Source: Oligoflexales bacterium
GTDB lineage: Bacteria > Bdellovibrionota_B > Oligoflexia > Oligoflexales > Bog-1112
Reading direction: 5' to 3'
NCBI GenBank assembly: GCA_045105515.1
Contig: JBGCDR010000028.1
Span: forward strand, 1-62,140
DNA: 62,140 nucleotides
Shown: positions 19,516 through 29,263 of the stretch, piece by piece
Layout: every line of letters starts with the position of its first letter
Position numbering within the stretch: position 1 is the first letter of the stretch
Translations under genes and position numbers: made by a program
Notes under the pieces: model-generated
What the model was told of the DNA's origin: nothing
Seen by the model: the letters and a program-made list of their open reading frames with translations, nothing else
Databases searched by the model: none

Positions 19516-21318
19516 ATGCACAGGTATTTACTTATTATTATTGCATTGGCGTTGAGCTGTTCAAAGAGCGGTAATAAAAATACAGTTAATAAGATAAATG
19601 GTACTAAAAAAGCAAATGCTGCAGCTGGAAATTCAACCATTAAACAAGGCAACTCTGATGCCCCTGAAATTGATAAAGGATCTGAAAAAGACACTCTGAA
19701 AGGAAAAGAAGCTTCCAAAGAAAATCCTGATCCAGGAAAAAATGATAATGGTGGATCAGAGCAAGAACTAAGTATAACAAACGGCATTAAACTATATGCT
19801 CAGTTTTGTGAATCTTGCCACAATAAGATTGATAAGTCAGCAAAAAAAGGTGCAACCCCAGATCGAATCCGTACAGGTTTAAAAACTCCACAAATGAGTA
19901 ACATAAATATAAGCGAATCTCAGATAAGTGATATTTCTAATGCTTTGACAAATATCGAAGATGATAATGCTGATATGAGCGTTACTGCTAGATCGAATTA
20001 TACTGAATGGTCTACATATAACAAAAATCAAATAGACTCATGGATAAATGCTGATAAGCAAAATGCGAATCCGACAACTCGCTATATTTATCTAGATGAA
20101 GATATATTCCTGCATCCAACAAATAGAAATATGGCAAGAGTTTGCTTATCAAAAGCGATAAACTCTGTCTCGCTGTCAAATCCAGGATTAATTCATCCTC
20201 GTGATGTAAGTGATAATCATGGTGTAGTGTTTGCAATTGATCTCATGGATCATTTCTCAGAATTGGCTGATTTAAGACCTGATCGAGCTAACGATCAGGA
20301 TAATGAAAACTTTAGAAAGCCCCATCGACCTGAAAATTATATTTCTGAAACTCTATGGACAAACTTAATTTCACAATCCGATTCAAATAGTCTTAAAGCA
20401 TCTTTGTTTGTCAAAAATATGTTCAGCCCGGATTCATACAAGTACCTCATAGATCATCCCCTTTCAGACAAAAGTGATAAGAGTAATAATTTTATATTTT
20501 TGGGTATCAATGATAAAAATCCTGATATAAGAATGGCTGTTGAAGATGCTATAATTTTTGGTATTCGATATATTGAAACATATGATTATCAAGTTCAAGC
20601 AAATGATGGAAATACCTATACACGACAGTATTGGCGTTCAGGAGATCCTGTTTATGGAGTGGATGCATCAACCCAAGAAGGCTTAGAGAGATTTAATAAT
20701 CAATGTGGAGCAAGAGATGTTCCTTCGGTTGATAACTCAATAGTGCGTACTCTCACATGGGATGAAAACGGTGGAGAAGTGGCAAAATTAAATGGGGCGG
20801 GTTTACCTCTATTCCTTGATAACTGTGGTAACGGTAAAGGATTTACGACTGGTTCGGAGTCATGGAGAAATTTACCAAATGGGTTAATTGCTTATTATCT
20901 TTGGGGAGCTGCAAATACGATCGAGACAAAAGGTGCTACAAGTTTAATTTACAACCCTATAAACCGTGAAACTGCCAATATGAATCTACCTTTAGGCGAT
21001 TGCTTTTACTGTCATAACTCAGGAACCATGTATAGAACTTCAGATATGGCAACAGCAAAATCTAAGGGATTATTGACTAATCAAGATGCTTTTAATTTTT
21101 GGAGCAGTCAAGAAGAAGTTGATGCTATGTACAAGAAATCATCCGACCTTTACGATAGTGCTATATCTGAAATTGTTTCAAATATGTCAGATGATCTCGA
21201 ATTGAATAAGCAATTAATCGACTATCAGACACAAGAGCCTTGTTTTATTACTTCTGGGTATTCATATGGTACGTTACCTAATGGCGAACCTGACAATTCT
21301 CCAGCGGACCAAAAATAA
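19516..21318 (+). CDS. c-type cytochrome lipoprotein with two heme motifs
   Basis: Lipobox LALSC; CESCH and CFYCH. Confidence 0.8.
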   Translation: MHRYLLIIIALALSCSKSGNKNTVNKINGTKKANAAAGNSTIKQGNSDAPEIDKGSEKDTLKGKEASKENPDPGKNDNGGSEQELSITNGIKLYAQFCESCHNKIDKSAKKGATPDRIRTGLKTPQMSNINISESQISDISNALTNIEDDNADMSVTARSNYTEWSTYNKNQIDSWINADKQNANPTTRYIYLDEDIFLHPTNRNMARVCLSKAINSVSLSNPGLIHPRDVSDNHGVVFAIDLMDHFSELADLRPDRANDQDNENFRKPHRPENYISETLWTNLISQSDSNSLKASLFVKNMFSPDSYKYLIDHPLSDKSDKSNNFIFLGINDKNPDIRMAVEDAIIFGIRYIETYDYQVQANDGNTYTRQYWRSGDPVYGVDASTQEGLERFNNQCGARDVPSVDNSIVRTLTWDENGGEVAKLNGAGLPLFLDNCGNGKGFTTGSESWRNLPNGLIAYYLWGAANTIETKGATSLIYNPINRETANMNLPLGDCFYCHNSGTMYRTSDMATAKSKGLLTNQDAFNFWSSQEEVDAMYKKSSDLYDSAISEIVSNMSDDLELNKQLIDYQTQEPCFITSGYSYGTLPNGEPDNSPADQK

Positions 21319-21359
21319 TTTTTACTCAAGAACAATGAGATTTAATTAATACCAATTTC

Positions 21360-21671
21360 TTAAGAGTCCGTAATTATCTCTTTAAAATAAGATTCAATTT
21401 CCTCTAATGATGAAGTTAATTTCATTACTTCTTGTGTCTCAGCATCTGTTACAACGATTTCGGTTTTGATGACCCACGGGTCAGCTGAAAGATCGGATTG
21501 GTCTATCCATTTAATCTGTATTAATCTTTCACCCACTAGCAAAGGTTTATAGAAATCCTCGTCTAAAAGTAACTGAGTGTGTAGAGGTCTTTTTGGGTCA
21601 TAAACAGTCTTTTCTGCGGCTTTTAGAATAATTGCAGCGAAAAAAATATATATAATCAGTACTTTATTCAT
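21360..21671 (-). CDS. Hypothetical secreted protein
   Basis: N-terminal signal-like segment. Confidence 0.6.
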   Translation of the reverse strand: MNKVLIIYIFFAAIILKAAEKTVYDPKRPLHTQLLLDEDFYKPLLVGERLIQIKWIDQSDLSADPWVIKTEIVVTDAETQEVMKLTSSLEEIESYFKEIITDS

Positions 21672-21841
21672 TATGCCAAGCCTAGAATTTAGCTATGTTA
21701 GCTACGATAAAGGGTTATTCTTAGCATATATGAATACAATAAGGAACAGCAATCTGAAGTTTAAGAAATAGGCAATTCTTGTTAGTCGAAATATGTTGAC
21801 AATTCCAATGTTAACACTAGAATAATTTTGAATAAAAAGTG

Positions 21842-22258
21842 TTATCTGCTACGCCAGCCTTTAACATCTTTTCGCAGTTTCTTCAGAATATTTACAGCGC
21901 TTACAATTAAATTATTAAGCTGTAGGTTTTCAAGATCCCTCTCTCCATTAAGCTCCTCTATCCATTCATTTATTGACCCAATAGCATTATCATATGATTG
22001 TTCCCCAATTTCGTTAAATAAACTTATCATTGTCATTTCAGATTCATAGCCCACCTCTTGCTCAAGGTTATTGACTATTGTTCTTAGTTCTGACTTGTGT
22101 ACCTCAATTTTTTCATCAAGGATCTCTTGAGGAGTTTGCATAATAAACCCAGCTAAAGAACTACTACTAGGCATACGTCTTCGACCAGAACCTGAACACA
22201 AAGAAACTTCGGATAGGGATAATAGAAAAATAGGAATCATAACTCGAGTAATCTTCAT
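21842..22258 (-). CDS. Hypothetical secreted helical protein
   Basis: GGAG RBS; signal peptide. Confidence 0.65.
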   Translation of the reverse strand: MKITRVMIPIFLLSLSEVSLCSGSGRRRMPSSSSLAGFIMQTPQEILDEKIEVHKSELRTIVNNLEQEVGYESEMTMISLFNEIGEQSYDNAIGSINEWIEELNGERDLENLQLNNLIVSAVNILKKLRKDVKGWRSR

Positions 22259-22741
22259 TTCTTGTTCTCCTGAAAAATACAGACATAGGTTTCAACAAAC
22301 AATTTTGCTTAAATTCTATATCGCTCTTACGATTTCGTGATTCTTAACATGAGGGAGTTTTTAAATGTGAAAATTTACCAATATCCACAAAAGCATTGGG
22401 TCCTACTGATTTGTCTAGGAAAATGCATTCATTTATCTCCAAGACACTTATATCAAACAATCGAATACATCTAAAACCTATATAGACGCACAAACTTACG
22501 TACTTAGTACTTATTTGGAATGATAGAGTATGGGAGGAAGCCAGGACTTAAAGAAAAATTATAGTCTAAGTTTGTAGATTTAGTTGGTGGATAAATTATC
22601 TTCAAAAAAAGAGAATAATGACATCGTATCAAGCTATAATAATTGATATTATTTATAACGGTTCTCTTTCTAATTGAAAATAGATGAAGATAACTATAGT
22701 TTATGGCCCATCGATAAACAAAATATTAAAGGTAACTTAGC

Positions 22742-23227
22742 ATGAAGTTCACATATTTATTCTCAATTTTTTTATTAGCATCATTCGCAACTAGGTCATC
22801 TTTTGCCTCAGATACCGCATATATTTCAGACGACGATGATGAGATATATTCATTTGTAGAGGAGGATGTTGAATCCTACAAGAACCTCTCACTGTCTGTA
22901 TTGGGCAGTATTCGATTTAACGGTACAATAAGCGAGTCCGCTTACGAAGCAATTAAGGCAGATCTATTATTATTTTACTCTAAGGCACTCAAACTTGAAG
23001 CAATGCTAAGCCTTTCCCCAAGCGCTGAATTATCAGGGTTGGCACAAGAATTTTTTCAATCACTTAACTCGTATCAGATTAAAATACATAATCTTTTCAA
23101 CTCAGAAACTTTGAATATTAATAAACCTGGATTGACTGATTTTAGAGTAAATATTTCGAATAATTTAAAATTTACAGTCGATATCCTAACGGATATGTTA
23201 CGGAATTGGGACCAATCTGAGATTTGA
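22742..23227 (+). CDS. Hypothetical secreted protein (paralog of 50719-51186)
   Basis: Signal peptide; shared ISDD and IK..L..FYS.A motifs. Confidence 0.65.
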   Translation: MKFTYLFSIFLLASFATRSSFASDTAYISDDDDEIYSFVEEDVESYKNLSLSVLGSIRFNGTISESAYEAIKADLLLFYSKALKLEAMLSLSPSAELSGLAQEFFQSLNSYQIKIHNLFNSETLNINKPGLTDFRVNISNNLKFTVDILTDMLRNWDQSEI

Positions 23228-23387
23228 TATTGCGAATCCCATCTCTGATGTAAAAGATAAGACTGAAAACAATCCTCACCATAACCAAAATCATGTATCT
23301 CGTTGGCACATTTGGCACACACCCTCTTTCGCGACTATTCCCAATCATGTAAACTCTCTCCCGCAGCAGTGAGATAGGAGTTGCATC

Positions 23388-23582
23388 ATGACAGAAGGTC
23401 TTGAAAAAAATCTATTTGGAGGCGCTTTCACACTATTGCTAGCCATTATGTATATGGAGTTACGTGGAATGAAAGATAAAATTGACCTCCTCGAATTCAA
23501 GTTAGAACAGCATATCGAGTTCCAGAAAGATGTGAGTGACTACTGTAATGAACTGAAAATTAGGTTTGGCAATGATAAGTAA
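23388..23582 (+). CDS. Small single-TM coiled-coil protein
   Basis: AGGAG RBS; hydrophobic N-terminal helix. Confidence 0.55.
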   Translation: MTEGLEKNLFGGAFTLLLAIMYMELRGMKDKIDLLEFKLEQHIEFQKDVSDYCNELKIRFGNDK

Positions 23583-23656
23583 ATGAACTTTGGCTAGCAA
23601 AATAGAATTGCTTTCGTTAGAGACATCATCACTCATAGCAGTCCAGGCACTTTCAG

Positions 23657-24007
23657 TTACATCTGCAGATGTTTCCTAGCCACCTTTACCAGCTCATCTA
23701 TTCCAAAAGGTTTTAGTAGTACATCGGAAAATAGCTCTGTATCAACTTTGTCTGCAAACCCAGTTATCAAGATCACCGGAAGCATCTCATCTTTTTCATG
23801 GATGGCCTTTGAAAGTTCTGCGCCATTCCATTTTGGCATAACGTAATCAGTGATGACAAGGTCTGGCTTGAATTTTTTATACATATTCCATGCAGACTTA
23901 CCATCGGATGCTTCTAAAACCTCTACATCAGAAAATTCGCTCTTTAAAGTTGAACCAATTGCATCTAAGAAGAAACATTCATCATCAACTAAAAGGACTT
24001 TCGACAT
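23657..24007 (-). CDS. Stand-alone response regulator (receiver domain)
   Basis: VLLVDD, PDLVITDYVMP, ITG, KPF. Confidence 0.92.
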   Translation of the reverse strand: MSKVLLVDDECFFLDAIGSTLKSEFSDVEVLEASDGKSAWNMYKKFKPDLVITDYVMPKWNGAELSKAIHEKDEMLPVILITGFADKVDTELFSDVLLKPFGIDELVKVARKHLQM

Positions 24008-24301
24008 ATTTTTATCCTTATAAGATATTTATACGATTAATCTATATATTTTATCATTATATCAAAATTACCTAAGACGATATATTGCCCTATATAATCC
24101 TTACTAGATTGACACATCTATTGAGTCTCGTACAAAATTCGAAAAAATATTATTTCCACTTGCAGAGATACTCAAATTTTCATACTAACAAAATGAAACT
24201 GAATTGGTTTGGATCATGTCATTTTCCTTTCGTTTTAGGGACTAGGGTTATCACATCCTCAAGTGTATCCATACCTAGTCCCTCCTTTAAATAGGTGTTT
24301 T

Positions 24302-24853
24302 ATGTTAGATATAGAAGTAACAATCGACATTAACGAAATAAAGGATATGGTCGAAAAGCGGCAAGTTCCTTACGCATTGTCACGAACATTAACCGACCTT
24401 GGAAAAGAAGCAACGAAAGCAAACATTCGTCATGCGAAAGATGAGTATACGATCAGAAGACCATGGGTACTAAAAGGCTTTCAATATACTATTGCTAGAA
24501 AAAACCTGCTTAAAACTATCGTTAAGCATAGAGATACCTACATGAGCAAGCATGAGCGTGGGGATAAAGTCAGATCTCAGAGAAGTAAGTTCATTGCAGT
24601 TCCTCAAGAAAATAGAGGCAGAAGTGTGAGAGCCTCTGTAGCCCTTAGAGATCCAAGAACTTTCTTCCAAGGTAAATCCATAATTAAGAGAAAGCCAAGG
24701 TCAAGGCAGTATCTATTGCTGTTCAAGCTGTCTGATGATGCGCAGTATGCTCCCACATTAATGATGGAAAAAATAGTTCAGGCAGTTATTGATGAAAAAG
24801 CGGATAGTTTATTCAATAAGCATTGGTTAGCAGCAATAGACAATGTTTACTAA
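24302..24853 (+). CDS. Phage protein, minor tail/gpZ-like, first gene of the virion cluster
   Basis: QVPYALSRTLTD motif typical of this phage family; directly precedes the terminase small subunit. Confidence 0.55.
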   Translation: MLDIEVTIDINEIKDMVEKRQVPYALSRTLTDLGKEATKANIRHAKDEYTIRRPWVLKGFQYTIARKNLLKTIVKHRDTYMSKHERGDKVRSQRSKFIAVPQENRGRSVRASVALRDPRTFFQGKSIIKRKPRSRQYLLLFKLSDDAQYAPTLMMEKIVQAVIDEKADSLFNKHWLAAIDNVY

Positions 24854-24866
24854 AAATAGTAAAAGC

Positions 24867-24930
24867 GGGTCCTTCTATAGAAAAACAAAAGGGGTGGGCG
24901 ATGAGGTCAGTCAGGTCGCTCGCTCTTTTA
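24867..24930 (+). other. Candidate cos packaging site (cosQ-like GGGTCCT followed by a GC-rich cosN-like segment)
   Basis: GGGTCCT at 24867-24873, GGGCGATGAGGT about 22 nt downstream, just upstream of terS, as in lambda. Confidence 0.5.
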
Positions 24931-25012
24931 AAAAAAAATTTTTTGCTACAACCCGCAAACCACTGCAGGCTGAAATATTGAATAATAACAATATGATAAA
25001 AGGATTTAGCAA

Positions 25013-25606
25013 GTGCAAAATACAGATTCAACCTCACAACTACGCAACGGTAAAGCAGTCTCCAGTATGGAATTCGCAGAAATCCTTGGAGTCAACAAAT
25101 CAACCGTAAGCAGGGCAATCAAGTCCAAGAGGCTCGAGCATTCTCTTGTCAAAGCTGACGGACAGATTAAGATCCTTGTTTACGAAGCCTGTGTAGAATG
25201 GCACCTTCGCAAGAATTTTGAAAAAGACCGCTATGCCGAGGACAGTAAAGACGTAGCTGAAAGCAAGGCGCGTCATGAATACTACAGATCCCTTTTAACT
25301 AAGCTTGAATACGATTTAAAGAGTGGTCATGTGGTGCCAGTTGAAGAGGTTCGTCAAAAGGGCATGGAAATATGCCTGAACGCACGCAGATACCTCGACG
25401 ATCGAAGAGATAGTGATGCTCTGGTCTTACCTACCTTTAAAGATGCTTTCGAAAGCCGCAAAATTCTAAGAGGTCGAGATGATGGCTTTATGGAAAGGCT
25501 GGTCAAGTTGGAAACTGTGGGTGATGAGGTAGCTCAGGAGACAGCAGAAAAAATCGCCGCTGAGGTTGAGCAGCAGGGCATCGGAGACATTGAAAATGCA
25601 GACTAA
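25013..25606 (+). CDS. Terminase small subunit (Nu1-like)
   Basis: N-terminal wHTH (EFAEILGVNKSTVSRAI) and coiled coil; precedes the large subunit. Confidence 0.8.
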   Translation: MQNTDSTSQLRNGKAVSSMEFAEILGVNKSTVSRAIKSKRLEHSLVKADGQIKILVYEACVEWHLRKNFEKDRYAEDSKDVAESKARHEYYRSLLTKLEYDLKSGHVVPVEEVRQKGMEICLNARRYLDDRRDSDALVLPTFKDAFESRKILRGRDDGFMERLVKLETVGDEVAQETAEKIAAEVEQQGIGDIENAD

Positions 25607-27575
25607 CTGCTACTGTGTTGACTGGGTGTTGAGGCTCTTGGCTCCAGAGAATATCACCGTATGGCAACATGCAGCAAAGTACATAAACCTCGATAAGAAG
25701 GTAAGTTCTTTCCCTGGTTATTACAATCCTGAGCTTAATCCCATGCTCAACGTCATTATGCACCTTCTGGGGCAAAATTCTAGGGTAGAGAAAGTCATTT
25801 TATCAAAAGGCACCCAGTGCGGCGGTACCCTCGTTGTTATGCTTTATGTCAGCTATATCGCTAACAATAGCCCAGACCCGACCATGATTGTCGTCAGTGA
25901 TGAAGATGAACGTGACGAATATTCCAAGAAACTTAGAGATGTCATGGAATGTTGTGATGGCCTCGCTAATAAGCTAGATGCTTGTAAAAACAAAAGTAAG
26001 CTGGAGCTAATCCAAATCCCTGGTTCTCAGATTCACTTCTCAACAGCTACTGTGGCACGAAGTTTGAGAGGGAAGCATGTTCGCAATTTAATTCTTTCAG
26101 AAACTTCAAATTTTGTGCGTAACTGCCAAGGCCAGGGCGACCCGTTCGCTATTGCTCTTAAAAGGCTTGATACTTACCACGGACGCAAAAAAATTTACGC
26201 AGAGAGTACTCCTACCGATGTCGAATGCAATATTGATCGGGAGTTAAAGAGGGCTGAACACAAGTTAACCATGTACTGGGCCTGTCCTCATTGCGGGCTT
26301 TACCAGTCACCTGACTTCTTCCGTGACATGAGATGGGAAGAGCTTGAAAAAGAAGACGGACAAAAGGTTCCCGTGAAAGGCTCAATCCATTTAGCTTGTC
26401 AAAATCCTACATGCGAAGTTAAGAGGATTGATGAAGAGTCAAAAATTCAGATGCTTAAGAATTTCAAGCTAGGACCAATACCATGGTTGATCGAGGAAAT
26501 AGAGAGTTCGAAACTATCGGTAAATTTGGAGGAAGCTAGAGCCCATAGAAGTGATTCTAAAAGCAAAACTAGGGTTCATCGTACCAGCTTGGATGAAGAA
26601 GACTTGATGTCTTTCGAGGACCTTGCTCACCTAAGCGAATCGGTTGGAATTTGGTACAATCCTTTGCAAACTCCTTATGGCTTCAAAGCTTGGACAGATA
26701 TAGTCAAAAACTTTCTGCTTTGTCAAAATTCACCTGAGGAGGAACAGCCTTTTTGGAATAATGATCTAGGAAGGTCTTATGATGGGACGGTTTCTCAAAC
26801 TAAAGTTAGCGATTTAGCTGCTCATATCGAAGACTATTCCATCAAACCTTTGCCCAAAGGAGTGCATCTCATAACTGCCGGAGTGGATGTAAACGGCTCT
26901 TGGCTTTCAGTTGAGATAACAGGATGGGGCCGTAGCAAAGAAAGCTGGACTATCCAGTTTATCGAGCTTGAGTACGACCCTTCAGGACCTCTTGCTTGGC
27001 AAAAGCTAGATGAGGTTTTAAAGCAGCAATTTACACACTCATCTGGTGAAAAGATGAGGATAGCAGCTGTATCAATTGATTCGGGCTATCTAACTCAGCA
27101 GGTTGCAGGCTACGTTCGCAAACATATGGGTACAGGCCGTAATATTATAGCTATTAAAGGTTCTGCTACTATAGGTAGGCCCATCATTGATAAGAATCCC
27201 AAAGAATACAAAAAAAATATCAACCTCACTTATTACACAGTTGGCGCAAATACAGCTAAAGACACCCTAGCGAAATGGTTTCAAGTTCAAAGCCCTGGTC
27301 CATGTTACTGCCACTTCGGGGCCTTCCTTCCAAGTTCTTACTTCGAGGGTTTGGCATCTGAAAAGCTTCAAGTAATCAGAAAAACCACAGGTATTAAGAG
27401 GGTTTGGGTTAAAGTACCTGGGGTTCGCAATGAACCATTAGATGTTAGGGTCTACTCACTGGCAGCCCTTGAATTCCTTCTGCAAGTTAAAAACCTAGAC
27501 GATATTTGCGCACTTGGAGAGAAAAAGTATGAAGAATCTCAAAGAAAAAACAGAAAAACAGCTCGAAAGGGTTGA
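25596..27575 (+). CDS. Terminase large subunit (lambda GpA family)
   Basis: KGTQCGGT, ESTPT, CPHCG, TAGVDV, IDSG, RNEPLDVRVY. Confidence 0.93.
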   Translation: MQTNCYCVDWVLRLLAPENITVWQHAAKYINLDKKVSSFPGYYNPELNPMLNVIMHLLGQNSRVEKVILSKGTQCGGTLVVMLYVSYIANNSPDPTMIVVSDEDERDEYSKKLRDVMECCDGLANKLDACKNKSKLELIQIPGSQIHFSTATVARSLRGKHVRNLILSETSNFVRNCQGQGDPFAIALKRLDTYHGRKKIYAESTPTDVECNIDRELKRAEHKLTMYWACPHCGLYQSPDFFRDMRWEELEKEDGQKVPVKGSIHLACQNPTCEVKRIDEESKIQMLKNFKLGPIPWLIEEIESSKLSVNLEEARAHRSDSKSKTRVHRTSLDEEDLMSFEDLAHLSESVGIWYNPLQTPYGFKAWTDIVKNFLLCQNSPEEEQPFWNNDLGRSYDGTVSQTKVSDLAAHIEDYSIKPLPKGVHLITAGVDVNGSWLSVEITGWGRSKESWTIQFIELEYDPSGPLAWQKLDEVLKQQFTHSSGEKMRIAAVSIDSGYLTQQVAGYVRKHMGTGRNIIAIKGSATIGRPIIDKNPKEYKKNINLTYYTVGANTAKDTLAKWFQVQSPGPCYCHFGAFLPSSYFEGLASEKLQVIRKTTGIKRVWVKVPGVRNEPLDVRVYSLAALEFLLQVKNLDDICALGEKKYEESQRKNRKTARKG

Positions 27576-27756
27576 GGATGCAATAGCAGCAATTGAATCG
27601 GGGGCTCAAAGCTACTTTATTGAGGAAAACGGTATGAGAAGAGAGCTTAGGAGGGGTGATTTAGAAACTCTCTATAAGCGAGAAAAAACATTGATTCTTA
27701 GGCTTAAAAGACTATCAGGCCGTTCAAGTTCTCGAATGATCCCGTCAATGCAGTGA
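27529..27756 (+). CDS. Head-tail joining protein (gpW-like)
   Basis: AIAAIESGAQSY...RRGDLETL; between terminase and portal. Confidence 0.75.
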   Translation: MKNLKEKTEKQLERVEDAIAAIESGAQSYFIEENGMRRELRRGDLETLYKREKTLILRLKRLSGRSSSRMIPSMQ

Positions 27757-27763
27757 GATTACC

Positions 27764-29263
27764 ATGACTTATGTACCTGTTGGAAAATCAAATATCTTGG
27801 TGCCGCAGAGCAGTTCATACTGGTCAACTTCACCTGAAAACCCTGTTTATCAAGGTCGAAGGATTGCATACCTTCAGAGTCCCGACGCTACTTATTTGCC
27901 GGAGTTAGGACAGCAACAAGCATCTAGCTCGGACCTTGTGCGCAATGAACCTATCAGCTCAGCAGCTATCCAGACAATGGTTCATGGAACTGTAGGCTCA
28001 GGTATGCGCCCCGAGAGTCAGATTGACCACGAGACAGCAAAAATCTCAGAGTCAGAAGCTAGCGAAACTCAAAAAAAAGCAGAATTTCTTTTTCAATACT
28101 GGTCTACTAATGAAACCTGCGACCTTGCCCGCACTCACACCTTTTGGGAACTGGAGAACCTTGCTTTTAATAGCTCTTTAGAGTTCGGAGACTGCTTTCC
28201 TATAAGGAGGTTTCAAAGAGATCGAAAACCATATGGCTTGTGTCTACAATTAGTTGAGGCTATGCGAGTTGATACTCCTCCTGAGCAGTTTAGAAATGAA
28301 AATGTAAGAGCAGGAATCAAGTTTGATAGGCTTACTGGAGAGAGAAAGTCTATTTTTGTGCGTGAGCATGATGACTATGGACTCGACTTTAGCTCTGTGA
28401 AGTACAAAGAGATAAAAGTTAAAGACAGACAAGGCAACCCTCAAGTCTTATTTATTCATGAGCCAAAAAGAGTTGGAGAAACAAGGGGTATTCCTTACCT
28501 TTCTGTCATAACAAATATTATTAAATCTCTTGGGAAATATTCAGAGGCAGAGGTCACTGCTGCACTTTTCCAGGCTTTTATTGCTTTTGTCACCAAGACA
28601 AAAGAGGGGGATGATGTTTTAGTTGATGATGGATTCGTAAGTAGTAGCGATCCAGAAAAAACTATGATACCAAGAGAACTGAAGCCGTTTACGAATATTC
28701 ATATTGGCACGGATGAAGATGTAAAAACCTTAGAAATGAATCGACCTAATAAGAATTTTGAAGCTTTTTTTGCGCCCATGATGAAGATAGTAGGGGCACA
28801 GTTACAGATTCCAGCTCAAGTCATTCTAATGGCATTTGACGCTAGTTATACAGCTTCAATGGCAGCTCTTGAACGTGCTTTTGAGGTTTTTAAAATAAAA
28901 AGGAAGAGGTTAGTTTCCCAATTTCACAGGCATGTATGGAGTTGGTTTTGGGATGAGTCGGTAGCACGAGGTTATCTCCATGCTCCAGGATACTGGTCAG
29001 ACCCTTTAATAAGAGCTGCATTTCAAGGAGCGATGTGGGTTGGAGATCCGTGCATTCAGCTTGATCGCTGGAAAGCTGCAAAAGCAGCACGGGAGTTACA
29101 TGACCTCGGCATAGTCTCGAAAAAGACTCTGACCCAAATGCTTACGGGCAACAACTACGAGAGAGTGGTTGCTCAAAGAGCAAAAGAACGCGAACTTGAG
29201 CCGAAAACCCTAGCAGGACAAGAGCTTAGTGCAAAGGAGCAGGAAGATTTTGAAAAAGAATAG
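27764..29263 (+). CDS. Portal protein, lambda family
   Basis: DLVRN, VGSGMRP, ETRGIP, ASYTAS; synteny. Confidence 0.92.
   Translation: MTYVPVGKSNILVPQSSSYWSTSPENPVYQGRRIAYLQSPDATYLPELGQQQASSSDLVRNEPISSAAIQTMVHGTVGSGMRPESQIDHETAKISESEASETQKKAEFLFQYWSTNETCDLARTHTFWELENLAFNSSLEFGDCFPIRRFQRDRKPYGLCLQLVEAMRVDTPPEQFRNENVRAGIKFDRLTGERKSIFVREHDDYGLDFSSVKYKEIKVKDRQGNPQVLFIHEPKRVGETRGIPYLSVITNIIKSLGKYSEAEVTAALFQAFIAFVTKTKEGDDVLVDDGFVSSSDPEKTMIPRELKPFTNIHIGTDEDVKTLEMNRPNKNFEAFFAPMMKIVGAQLQIPAQVILMAFDASYTASMAALERAFEVFKIKRKRLVSQFHRHVWSWFWDESVARGYLHAPGYWSDPLIRAAFQGAMWVGDPCIQLDRWKAAKAARELHDLGIVSKKTLTQMLTGNNYERVVAQRAKERELEPKTLAGQELSAKEQEDFEKE

Noticed and set aside
24843..25109. 88-aa ORF over the cos region, and many other short antisense ORFs in the track
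   Set aside because: They overlap better-supported genes or sites and lack an RBS or motifs; treated as shadow ORFs
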